DNA from: Chlamydiia bacterium
Lineage (GTDB): Bacteria > Chlamydiota > Chlamydiia > Chlamydiales > JAAKFQ01
Length of the DNA: 26,789 nt
Direction of reading: 5' to 3'
Assembly: GCA_041688145.1 (NCBI GenBank)
Contig: JBDNIV010000014.1
Location: 1-26,789, forward strand
The notes beneath the pieces were generated by a model, which ran no database searches, had not been told where the DNA came from, and worked only from the letters and a program-made list of their open reading frames with translations. The translations under genes and the position numbers were made by a program. The first letter of the stretch is position 1. Each line of letters begins with the position of its first letter. Positions 8,799 through 17,425 of the stretch are shown here, piece by piece.

Positions 8799-9677
8799 TT
8801 ATTTAATAGGCTGTGCTGAATTTTTATCACTAACTACAAGAAGGCAACCTATGCAAATTAGACCAATGCCTACAAGAGATAAAAAGCCTACGACCTGGTC
8901 GTAGATGAACCAATCCAAAGCAAGCGCAAATATTACCGTAGAGTAAAGGACTGATGACACTTTTGAAGTGTGTCCATGCTGATAAGCGCATGTCAAAAAC
9001 GACTGGTAGAATGTGGCTAAAATTCCAATGATAAGCAAGATCCCCCACATAAAAGGCGTAGGCGTTTGCCAAGAAAATAAGATTGGAACAGCCGCAATAG
9101 GCAGTGAGCTAATTAAGTAATAAAAAATGATTTTTGTCGGAGATTCTGTTTTTGTAAGCTTACGCACGCTCACAACTGCAATAGCTCCAAAAGCGCCTGA
9201 TAAAAGTCCTACAACCATCGACCACTGAAAGATATGGGCATCAGGCCTTAAAATAGTAAGCACTCCTAAAAAGCCAACAGCAAGCCCCCACCAAACTTTT
9301 GGAGACATCTTTTTCCCTAGCCACAGCCATACGACAAGAGGAATAAAAAGAGGACGAGTATAACTTAAAACAAGTGCATCGACTACGGGCAAGTATTTAA
9401 GCGCATAAAAAAGAGCATACATCGCCGCTAAAGAAGCACCCGCTCGAAGCAAGTGTAGATGAATACGATGAGTGGCAAGTGACTTGCCTTGACTCTGCTC
9501 ACGTGCAAGCATAGGGAAAAGAGTCATCAAACTAAAAACCTGACGAAAAAAAACGATCACTTCGTTGGGAAGTTTATTTGTAGAAAACTTCACAACAAGC
9601 GCTAAAATAGCATAAACAAGCGCCGCTAAAAGAGCATAAACAACAACCAACGACAACTTATGTGACTTTTTACCCAC
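8799..9677 (-). CDS. DMT superfamily (EamA) transporter
   Basis: About 10 TM segments in two repeats; EVIVFFR, HLLRAG, LSYTRPLF and GFLGVLTILRP. Confidence 0.92.
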   Translation of the reverse strand: MGKKSHKLSLVVVYALLAALVYAILALVVKFSTNKLPNEVIVFFRQVFSLMTLFPMLAREQSQGKSLATHRIHLHLLRAGASLAAMYALFYALKYLPVVDALVLSYTRPLFIPLVVWLWLGKKMSPKVWWGLAVGFLGVLTILRPDAHIFQWSMVVGLLSGAFGAIAVVSVRKLTKTESPTKIIFYYLISSLPIAAVPILFSWQTPTPFMWGILLIIGILATFYQSFLTCAYQHGHTSKVSSVLYSTVIFALALDWFIYDQVVGFLSLVGIGLICIGCLLVVSDKNSAQPIK

Positions 9678-9730
9678 TTCCCACTCCTATAAATTCATAA
9701 TATAAGAGAAAAAAATTATTATCAAACCAA

Positions 9731-9759
9731 TTGAATAAATCACAATAATTCTACACAAT
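9731..9759 (+). promoter_or_regulatory. Putative sigma70-type promoter for the dapB-like gene
   Basis: TTGAAT-17 bp-CACAAT, 23 bp before the ATG at 9783. Confidence 0.45.
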
Positions 9760-9782
9760 GAAATCAAAATAAAACTAAAGGG

Positions 9783-10472
9783 ATGAAAATGCGTATTGCA
9801 ATTGTTGGATCGGGAAAACTTGCTAAAGCTCTCCTCTATGATCTTCCAGAAATTGATAGTGGCATAAAAACAGAACCTTGGAATGCCTCTTCAAATGCAG
9901 ATGTCATAATCCACGCAGGATCTGGCAATCAGTTCAAAGAGGTGATCTCTTTTTGTGAAGCTAAAAAAACTCCCCTTATTCAAGCATCAACTCTCAAAGA
10001 ATTGCAGCCTCCACAAAAGCTCTCTTTTGTTTACGTAAAAGCTCCTAACCTTTCATTGCCTATCGTAAAATTCACTTATCTCCTAAAGCAAATTCGGACC
10101 CTTTTCCCACAAGCCGAAAAAGAGCTTATTGAAAGTCATCAAGCAACAAAAACAACTTTTGCTGGAACAGCTAAGTGCATAGCCGATGCATCTGGACTGG
10201 AGGCCTCTTTAATACAGAGTATAAGGGATGTGGGTGTTCAAAAAGATCTAGGTATCCCTGAAGAGCACTTAGAGAGTCACGCGCTCCATATACTAACTGT
10301 AGAAGAAGATGATGCCACTTTAACCTTTTCAACAAATGTGTACGGAACGCGCACCTACAGCATTGGCGCTGCCAAAATCGCACATAGCTGTCTCTTACTT
10401 GAGCCTGGGGTCTTTGAAGTAATAGATCTAATAGAAAAAGGTGCTTTACTCGGAAGTAATGCCCTTGCATAG
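9783..10472 (+). CDS. dapB: 4-hydroxy-tetrahydrodipicolinate reductase-like protein (non-canonical, plant-type DapB)
   Basis: IVGSGKLA Rossmann motif, APNLS, ESHQATK...GTA, IQSIRD and GIPEEHLESHALH. Confidence 0.75.
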   Translation: MKMRIAIVGSGKLAKALLYDLPEIDSGIKTEPWNASSNADVIIHAGSGNQFKEVISFCEAKKTPLIQASTLKELQPPQKLSFVYVKAPNLSLPIVKFTYLLKQIRTLFPQAEKELIESHQATKTTFAGTAKCIADASGLEASLIQSIRDVGVQKDLGIPEEHLESHALHILTVEEDDATLTFSTNVYGTRTYSIGAAKIAHSCLLLEPGVFEVIDLIEKGALLGSNALA

Positions 10473-10796
10473 AAGAGCTAACTCCCCTGACATATATAAG
10501 CTCATTATAATATCACATCCGCCTACAAACTCACCTGCTATATAAAGCTGTGGCAGCGTCGGCCAATCGGAAAACTCTTTTATAGCCACACGTAAAGCCG
10601 GGTCTTTTAACACATCACGCGTCTCAAAGTCTACGTCTACTTCCTCTAGTACATCTATGACTCTTCCAGAAAAACCGCACATAGGCATGATTCTAGAGCC
10701 CTTCATATAAAGGATAATATGATTTGCCTTTACCTCTTCAGCAATAGTCTGTTGAGCTTCTTCTATCTCTGATGGATCCAAAAAATCACTATTCAT
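10446..10796 (-). CDS. grxD: Monothiol glutaredoxin, Grx4 family
   Basis: LYMKG...PMCGFS, WPTLPQLYIAGEFVGGCDI. Confidence 0.95.
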   Translation of the reverse strand: MNSDFLDPSEIEEAQQTIAEEVKANHIILYMKGSRIMPMCGFSGRVIDVLEEVDVDFETRDVLKDPALRVAIKEFSDWPTLPQLYIAGEFVGGCDIIMSLYMSGELALLCKGITSE

Positions 10797-11058
10797 GTAC
10801 AGCCCCTTTTAGCTCTTTTTTTTGCTCTGCCCATTCTTCAGGCGTATACGTATGAAGACTCAAAGCATGGAGCTTATCTTCAAAATACGATTTTAGCTGA
10901 CGCTTCACAAGCCTATGTCTTTCCAAAAGAGGCATAGTAACAAAAGAAGCATCAATCACAACTGCATCCAAATGCCTCCCATCAGGGTCAACAATACACA
11001 CCTCAGCATCTGGTAATTTCTTTAAAAGCGCCTGCTCTATTTGCTCTTTTAGCTCCAT
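10789..11058 (-). CDS. bolA: BolA/IbaG family Fe-S-related protein
   Basis: DGRHLDAVVID..F, LLERHRLV and LHALSLHTYTPEEW. Overlaps the grxD start by 8 bp, the canonical bolA-grxD pair. Confidence 0.93.
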   Translation of the reverse strand: MELKEQIEQALLKKLPDAEVCIVDPDGRHLDAVVIDASFVTMPLLERHRLVKRQLKSYFEDKLHALSLHTYTPEEWAEQKKELKGAVHE

Positions 11059-11212
11059 GCCCCTCCAAGGGTTTTTACATCATTGTACTCCCACACCCAT
11101 TTATGGGAAAGTTAATTTAAATGGTTGATTATAAGCTGATTACGCCTAATAAACCCCTAAAACCACCCCTTGTAAAAAAACCACTTATACTTCCCTGTCA
11201 TCCATAGTAATA

Positions 11213-11371
11213 TTTTCCTGGGAAAATTAAGTCTTTTCCCTTATAATGGTGGGCGTCTTGGATATGTAGACAGGGTCGATTCTCCGCTTGGGTCTTTGGA
11301 CTGTTTTTATCCCAGGAATTAGGCACTCTTGCTAGAAACAGGTTCTAGTCAGGGTAGTGTCTTTTGTTTTT
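11213..11371 (+). ncRNA. Candidate structured 5' leader or small RNA upstream of the RRM gene
   Basis: TTCCTGGGA (11215-11223) is complementary to TCCCAGGAA (11310-11318). A long hairpin at 11322-11361 is followed by TTTTGTTTTT. Confidence 0.5.
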
Positions 11372-11390
11372 ATTACATAAGGAGTCCCAA

Positions 11391-11702
11391 GTGGCAAAGA
11401 AATTATATGTAGGCAATCTGCCTCATGCAGTAGATGATAACGAACTAAACTCAACTTTTGAAAGTTATGGCGACATTGTTTCAGCACGTGTTATTACAGA
11501 CCGTGAAACAGGCCGTTCTAAAGGGTTTGGTTTCGTAGAATTCTCAAACGACGCTGACGCTGATAGTGCGATTGAAGCGATGAATGGTAGTGAACTAGGT
11601 GGCCGTCCTTTGACAGTCAACGAAGCACGTCCCCGTCCTGAGCGCACTGGCGGAAACGGCCCTCGTGGTGGATTCGGTGGTGGAAACAAAAGACGCTTCT
11701 AA
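11391..11702 (+). CDS. RNA-recognition-motif (RRM) RNA-binding protein with Gly/Arg-rich tail
   Basis: RNP2 LYVGNL, RNP1 KGFGFVEF, TVNEARPR and RGGFGGG tail. Start refined to GTG 11391 after SD TAAGGAG. Confidence 0.95.
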   Translation: MAKKLYVGNLPHAVDDNELNSTFESYGDIVSARVITDRETGRSKGFGFVEFSNDADADSAIEAMNGSELGGRPLTVNEARPRPERTGGNGPRGGFGGGNKRRF

Positions 11703-11739
11703 GCTTCTTTTTTTCAGATCCGTTTGTTGAAATGCAAAT

Positions 11740-11765
11740 AAAAGCGTCCTTTTGGGCGCTTTTTT
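11740..11765 (+). terminator. Intrinsic terminator, probably bidirectional (RRM gene / tpsA)
   Basis: AAAAGCGTCC-TTTT-GGGCGCTTTT stem, T-tract downstream and A-tract upstream. Confidence 0.85.
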
Positions 11766-11809
11766 CATTTAACCTAATCTTCTTAAAATCGACTACCGCT
11801 CATATCGCT

Positions 11810-14800
11810 TTAGTCTATCTCGATATATTCCGTATCTTCAAAAAGGTCAAAACTCGATATGGCTTCTTTTTGTCCCCATGAGCCTTTTCCTTTAGATTTA
11901 TAATCAACACGGAACTGCTTTAAAGCCAGCTTGTCAAAGTTAAATCTCAAATGGTCAAACTCCTCCAACATATTACTCAGCTCTTTGGTCATATGTTTAA
12001 AAGGAAATGGAGTCGGTATAACTGCATTTGGCACTTTATAATATACACTAAATGGCGTCGCATAACTTCCTTCAGGGTAGTAGATATGTGTCTGTATAAG
12101 ACCTGGAGTAGTATAAACCCCATTCTTAATAAACACTTTAGGAAAACTTGTAATATTAGGTGCTACAGCATACAACTTTAGCTGAGCTGTAGAAAGGCTA
12201 CTAGCCTGAAACATATTAATCCTAGTGCCCGACGTAAACTGCATAGCTGACTGGAAGTCGTAATAGGGAGAGGCGGGGAACCTATTATCTACAACAAGGG
12301 TAAAATCAGGCGATGCACTTTCTATTTGAATATACGATGCCTCTGAAAAAGATAATCCTTTCCCAACAAACCAGCTGGCTGGCTGATCACCTTCATAGAC
12401 AAAATGTGATGTACCTTTAAATGAGACCGCTCCTAAAACATCTACTCTCTGCGCTGCAGTGAAATACTCTGACTGGTAAAGAGTAAGGTAAGCGCCTACA
12501 CTACCTTGCCCATTAAGCTTGAGGTCCCCTCCAATCTCTACCTTCGTCGGATTCAATAGACTAAGGCCTCCCTGAGTGTCGATGTTGAGACTCTTCATAG
12601 TTATTGAACAGCGAGAAGGCAAATCCCCTAAAATAAAACCAATATTGTTTACAAAAGCGCCCCCCTTACTGTAGCTGCTAAGTTCATTAGATGAAAATTT
12701 CGCGTCCCCAACATCTAGGGTCAAGTTACCTAATAATTCAACAGAACTACTGCTACCTAAAAGGCCGACAGATGCAAAGTCATAGGTGCCGGGCAAGCTG
12801 GGACCGAATAAATTTAAAGCAGCATTTGGAGCATTAATAGTTACATCAAATGCTGCATCAGATTCATAGCTAATAGTATTACCTGCTCTTAGTTGTGTAA
12901 ACACTCCAAGATAGGCTCCTGCTGAGCTAAAGGGATCTGCTGTTTGGCTGCCTGATACCAGGTTAATTGCTTTTAGATCTGGACTGTTGATAACTACAGA
13001 GGGGTTTAGAGACGAGCTGCCTAAGGTAAGATTTTGGTCTGAAACAATCCCAATAGCTCCATAGGATTGAGAATATGCATTTCCTGCAATAACAATTTGT
13101 CCTGTAACATCCTTGATCTGAACCCCCAAACCAAAAGGAATCTCTAAATCTGACCTAAAGAGAACTGCATAATCCTTATCCTGCTGACCTGTTATCATAC
13201 AACCTAAACAAGCTGGGGTGTTAATAGCGCTTCCTCCTTCAACCACAATATCTTTTGCCCCTTGTACAGTAGTATGACATAGCGCCTCAGTGTCCACCTC
13301 AAGAGAAAAAGCAACAAAGCCTACACCTGCCCAGGCATCTGCTTCTGAGCCTCCCTTGATGATAATATCGCTCTCGCTCATATTTATATTTATATTAGCT
13401 GGTTTAGACGTAGTCTCAACACTCCCAAAAATCACCTGACCTACGTGGGCCCAGGAGCTAGAGCCCCCTCCTGTAACTTTAAGATTCCCTCCGTTTATGC
13501 AGGTCGCAGTAATGCCTCTAAGTCCCTCTGGATTTTGAGTTGCTAACTCACCTACAAAGGCAAAACTGGTATCGCTTTGTCCACCTGTTACTATGATATC
13601 TTTTGCTGTAACGCGCAGTTCTGAAATAAGGCTGTCAGTGTTGTTATTGCCTACCCAAGCAGGTTTTGCATTTCCAGTAATTGAAAGTGTTCCTTGGCAG
13701 GTAATATCCTGAACCCAACTTACACCTGAAATTTCGTTTGTGCCTATTCCAATATAAGCCTTTCCTCCCTGATCAGCATTAGAATTTGAGCCCGCAGTAA
13801 CCGCAATGTTACCCGCAGTATTAATTGTTATATTACCTGCGTTGATCCCTATATTATATTGAGAATCGCTCGCATTGATAATGAGATCTCCGTAGTTGGT
13901 AATCTCTACTTCGCGTGCAGAAATAAATCCTGAGTTTAATGCAGCTGTATCACTAGACTTTAAAAACTTAACATCACGGCCTGTAATTGAAACTTTTGAA
14001 ATGCTTCCACTAAGATCCATAGTTCTATAAAACAATACATTTCCCGCAGCATTGAAGGTCAATGTAGCTGCCTCAGGCCCTGACAATGTTAAGTCTGTCA
14101 ATATCGAAATATCTCCATTACCCGACCCTGTATCTGCTCCTGTTTGGACAATAATATCTCCCCCAGCTGTAAGTCCTGCATGGAGTGTAGACATTAAAAG
14201 TTTTGCACTGCCTCCTGTAGGCTTAAAAGGCGTTTGTGTTGTGACATTTTGTTCAGAGCCTTCTGTAGTACTGATAATAGATAAGTCATAAGGATCGAGA
14301 AGTAATGTTCCAAACAGCCCCTTAGCGCCTCGCAGATTAGCGGCTATTTTAGGATTGTAATCCAGATAACCCCCTGATACTTCTACTAAGCCTCCCTTCC
14401 CTGATATCTCATCTCCATAGACTGAAGCCTTCCCATAAAATTGCGTAGCTCCATCTGCCCATACAATAACCCTTCCTCCATTGCCTGAGCACCTCGCATT
14501 AGCAGAGACTGCAACTTCAGGCCCAACATGCGTCCAACTTGCATGAGGCTGCGCTCGGTCTTTTCCTTGAAATGAGCCCCCTAGAAAAACCTCGCCCCCA
14601 CCTTTGGAGCCTGAAGCATCAATTTTTGCTTTTCCTAAAGCAAGTACCTCATCTGCAAAAATGCCAATATAGCCGCCAGTCCCCTCTTTATTTTGAGCAG
14701 ACAAATCTCCCGCAATTTCAATACGGCCCTGATCTGCTGTAAGTAAAATGCGGCCATTTTCCTCTTTGATACTAGAGGCTTCCACTACACCTGAGCATTG

Positions 14801-15529
14801 AATAGCTAAAGCATACACATTTCCATCAGCCAAAAGCTCTGCTTTTATGGCTTCAATAGAACCTGTCTGAGTGATTCCAGCCCCTCTCTTCTTTAACGGC
14901 TTTTCACTTGCAGGCTTTTTGATAAAAACTCGCTGATCACCACTGGGTTGAAAAATCACATGCTCTGCTGCGCTAAGAGCTACAGTTCCCTTAGGGGCTT
15001 TTAACATACCTTCATTTGTAATGCCGTAGCTTGCAAAAATGATATCCCCATCCCATGCCTCTATCATTCCAAGATTTGTAATCTCAGCTTGAGATGTGCC
15101 AACAAGCGATATTCCTGAAGTGAATCCCTCCTCACCACTTTTTAAAAAATGCTCAGTATTCATGTCGAGGGTAGATGCTAAAAAAGAAGCCGTGCGGATT
15201 ATAGCTTCGCCTCCTATGAAAATCCCGTTTGGATTTACGAGGTAGACGCGGCCATTAGAGATCAAATTTCCTAAAAGCTGGCTTTCATGCTTTCCAACAA
15301 CACGATTGAGTACAGAGGCCTTTGAGTCAGGTAAAATAAACTCAAGAGTCTTTCCTTGATCTATAGAAAAATCATCCCAATGCAAAACTGCTTTATCACT
15401 AGCAGTAATTACTTGATGTGAAGATATAGGCTGTGAGATTTCAATAGAGCCTGATACTACCGTATGCTGCGAGCTAAAAAGTGGTACTATTGCTACTTGA
15501 AAAAGACACAGTTTCCAGAATACATTCAT
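11810..15529 (-). CDS. TpsA exoprotein with filamentous haemagglutinin N-terminal domain (HMW1-like subtype)
   Basis: Signal peptide, LHWDDFSI, SVLNRVVG, VYLVNPNGI, GGRVIVWAD and GTLLLDP; Gly/Ser/Thr/Asn-rich beta-helical body. Confidence 0.92.
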   Translation of the reverse strand: MNVFWKLCLFQVAIVPLFSSQHTVVSGSIEISQPISSHQVITASDKAVLHWDDFSIDQGKTLEFILPDSKASVLNRVVGKHESQLLGNLISNGRVYLVNPNGIFIGGEAIIRTASFLASTLDMNTEHFLKSGEEGFTSGISLVGTSQAEITNLGMIEAWDGDIIFASYGITNEGMLKAPKGTVALSAAEHVIFQPSGDQRVFIKKPASEKPLKKRGAGITQTGSIEAIKAELLADGNVYALAIQCSGVVEASSIKEENGRILLTADQGRIEIAGDLSAQNKEGTGGYIGIFADEVLALGKAKIDASGSKGGGEVFLGGSFQGKDRAQPHASWTHVGPEVAVSANARCSGNGGRVIVWADGATQFYGKASVYGDEISGKGGLVEVSGGYLDYNPKIAANLRGAKGLFGTLLLDPYDLSIISTTEGSEQNVTTQTPFKPTGGSAKLLMSTLHAGLTAGGDIIVQTGADTGSGNGDISILTDLTLSGPEAATLTFNAAGNVLFYRTMDLSGSISKVSITGRDVKFLKSSDTAALNSGFISAREVEITNYGDLIINASDSQYNIGINAGNITINTAGNIAVTAGSNSNADQGGKAYIGIGTNEISGVSWVQDITCQGTLSITGNAKPAWVGNNNTDSLISELRVTAKDIIVTGGQSDTSFAFVGELATQNPEGLRGITATCINGGNLKVTGGGSSSWAHVGQVIFGSVETTSKPANININMSESDIIIKGGSEADAWAGVGFVAFSLEVDTEALCHTTVQGAKDIVVEGGSAINTPACLGCMITGQQDKDYAVLFRSDLEIPFGLGVQIKDVTGQIVIAGNAYSQSYGAIGIVSDQNLTLGSSSLNPSVVINSPDLKAINLVSGSQTADPFSSAGAYLGVFTQLRAGNTISYESDAAFDVTINAPNAALNLFGPSLPGTYDFASVGLLGSSSSVELLGNLTLDVGDAKFSSNELSSYSKGGAFVNNIGFILGDLPSRCSITMKSLNIDTQGGLSLLNPTKVEIGGDLKLNGQGSVGAYLTLYQSEYFTAAQRVDVLGAVSFKGTSHFVYEGDQPASWFVGKGLSFSEASYIQIESASPDFTLVVDNRFPASPYYDFQSAMQFTSGTRINMFQASSLSTAQLKLYAVAPNITSFPKVFIKNGVYTTPGLIQTHIYYPEGSYATPFSVYYKVPNAVIPTPFPFKHMTKELSNMLEEFDHLRFNFDKLALKQFRVDYKSKGKGSWGQKEAISSFDLFEDTEYIEID
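12760..13810 (-). repeat. About nine degenerate protein-level repeats (hxhxGG-x5-9-AxhG) within tpsA
   Basis: IIVTGGQSDTSFAFVG, LKVTGGGSSSWAHVG, IIIKGGSEADAWAGVG, IVVEGGSAINTPACLG, IVIAGNAYSQSYGAIG and similar. No obvious DNA-level identity. Confidence 0.7.
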
Positions 15530-15559
15530 AGGACTTAGGCCCTTATTTCTCTATTTCTT

Positions 15560-17311
15560 CTAATAACTGCAGGTTAGACTAAAGTGCCCTCTTCGTCCAG
15601 TACTTGGTCGATCTGGAGCCTTTATAAGCTGAAGACCTAGGTCAAAACGAAAGCTTAACCACTGACCAATACTATAGCGCACACCGGGCCCAAAGCTTGC
15701 AAGCTTACCGAGTTTTTGATTTGCTGATCCATCATCAATATCTTTGTAATAGCTATGGCCATACCCAAAATCAAAAAAGAGAATAGGAACTAGGCAATCT
15801 GATATCTTTTTATCCCGAAGAGCATAATTGAATATATTTATCTTTGGAAAGCGCGCTTCTACAGATAAAATGCCTGCATTATCTGCTTGGACTTCACGTT
15901 CGTGGTACCCTCTTACAGAATCCCACCCTCCAAGAGAAGCTGTTTCACTTGCCGGAAGGCTCGCTGCTGCTAGCTGCGTTTGTAACTTTAGCACAAGAGA
16001 AGTCGATCGGATAGGCCATGTGTGGCGCACCATAAAACGTCCATACGCATAAAGAGATTGTGCATGCGTTCTAAAATCTCCATAAAGAGTCTCGTTCATG
16101 TGAGGAAAAAGCTGCCCAGGAGAAAAGAAAAACTCAGACTCAAACAGCATGTTGTGCTTGGGAGTGTCGATTGTAACCCCATAGCCTGAAGCAAATTGAA
16201 AAAGATTCATGCTTGTCTGTAAGATAGTCGTCCCACCCAATAGAATATTGTTATCTGTGCGTTTGAAATCAGCACCTAATCTAAAGGTATGGAGCTGGCC
16301 TGCTCCAGGAGCTGTAGGAATCTCGTATCTTAGGCTCACTTGACCTGAGCGTCCACGAGACTCATGCACAATATCAGGAGGCAAGTGAGGATGTACTGAG
16401 GCATATCCTCCATAAATAATAAATATATGCCGCCAAGGTAAAAAAGCTGTATAATGAGCGCTATGACCTATAAATTGTCTAAAGTCAGGTGACGAACTAA
16501 ACTGATAAGAAAAAAGACTTCCCAGCCCCAAAACATTACCCACATTACATCCAGTAAAAACGCGATCATACTGTGTAGACGAAAAGCCGGTATTGTCTGC
16601 CCCCGCAAACAGCCTTAAGGGAGCTTGATCTTTCACCAGTACTTCTATATCTGTTCTTCCCTCACACTCAGAGGGAGAAAAGACTACATCTGCATGGCGA
16701 AAAGGATTTCTATTAATCCACGCGATATCTTGAGTAAGCACATTTGAGCGTATCGTATCCCCTTTTTTAAGGCGGATAGCTTGATCATAGCTTTTTTTAG
16801 AGAACCATTTGCCTCCTGAAATTGTAATTTTATCAGCACGACTCTCCAAAACTTCAAGGCTTAAAACCCCGCCAGTAATATCTTGCTCTGGCACATTCAC
16901 TAAAACGACAGGCCTTCCTATATCTCGATAGAAAATGACTGTTTTTTTCTTGATCTCAGTAATCTGCAAAGGTGTAAGCTCTTGACCCATAAAGCTGCTT
17001 AAGCAGCTATGCAAGGCGCCTACCTCATATTTAGATAAATCTAGATCATAAGCATCTACACCTTTCATCTTAGTCTCTTCTAAAAAAGATTCAGGAACTT
17101 TTGTTTTATAAGGGCAAAGAGCGATTCCTTTTAAGCTATGAACAATAATGCGATCTTTATTCTTACGAAAAGGCGTTGCTGACTTGTCCATTTCTTTAGG
17201 TTGCATTTGATCTAGAAGTAATGAATCTGAAGAGAAACCTAAAGATACAATTGCTATGGAGGCAAGCATGAACTTAACAGACAAAGGCCTCATACATGCA
17301 CATACTTTCAT
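15560..17311 (-). CDS. TpsB outer-membrane transporter (ShlB/FhaC/HecB family)
   Basis: POTRA motifs VPEQDITGGVL and WINRNPFR, DNTG, LGGWDSVRGY (VRGY loop), C-terminal aromatic residue (FSLTCSY). Directly upstream of tpsA. Confidence 0.95.
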   Translation of the reverse strand: MKVCACMRPLSVKFMLASIAIVSLGFSSDSLLLDQMQPKEMDKSATPFRKNKDRIIVHSLKGIALCPYKTKVPESFLEETKMKGVDAYDLDLSKYEVGALHSCLSSFMGQELTPLQITEIKKKTVIFYRDIGRPVVLVNVPEQDITGGVLSLEVLESRADKITISGGKWFSKKSYDQAIRLKKGDTIRSNVLTQDIAWINRNPFRHADVVFSPSECEGRTDIEVLVKDQAPLRLFAGADNTGFSSTQYDRVFTGCNVGNVLGLGSLFSYQFSSSPDFRQFIGHSAHYTAFLPWRHIFIIYGGYASVHPHLPPDIVHESRGRSGQVSLRYEIPTAPGAGQLHTFRLGADFKRTDNNILLGGTTILQTSMNLFQFASGYGVTIDTPKHNMLFESEFFFSPGQLFPHMNETLYGDFRTHAQSLYAYGRFMVRHTWPIRSTSLVLKLQTQLAAASLPASETASLGGWDSVRGYHEREVQADNAGILSVEARFPKINIFNYALRDKKISDCLVPILFFDFGYGHSYYKDIDDGSANQKLGKLASFGPGVRYSIGQWLSFRFDLGLQLIKAPDRPSTGRRGHFSLTCSY

Positions 17312-17368
17312 AAAATCCTCTTAGCTAGCATTAAGCAAGCTTCCTTATTTACAAGGCATAAAGGATTT

Positions 17369-17397
17369 CTTTAGTTTTTGTCACAGAAAAACTAAAG
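17369..17397. repeat. Perfect 11-bp inverted repeat upstream of tpsB (operator or hairpin)
   Basis: CTTTAGTTTTT-GTCACAG-AAAAACTAAAG. Confidence 0.7.
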
Positions 17398-17425
17398 CAA
17401 TGCACAGAGAATATTGCAGATATTT

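Noticed and set aside
11242..11303. Purine riboswitch-like words in the RRM leader (TATAAT, GATATG loop, TTTCT, GACT)
   Set aside because: Spacing is wrong, and the L2 GG / L3 CC kissing-loop bases and the TTTCTACC junction are absent. The downstream gene is not purine related.
11364..11390. ORF-track N-terminal extensions (RRM from 11364; also 4894, 20381, 23288)
   Set aside because: SD position and signal-peptide or domain boundaries favour starts at 11391, 4873, 20351 and 23360.
11810..15529. TpsA as a CdiA toxin
   Set aside because: Too short, no VENN-like junction and no downstream immunity ORF.
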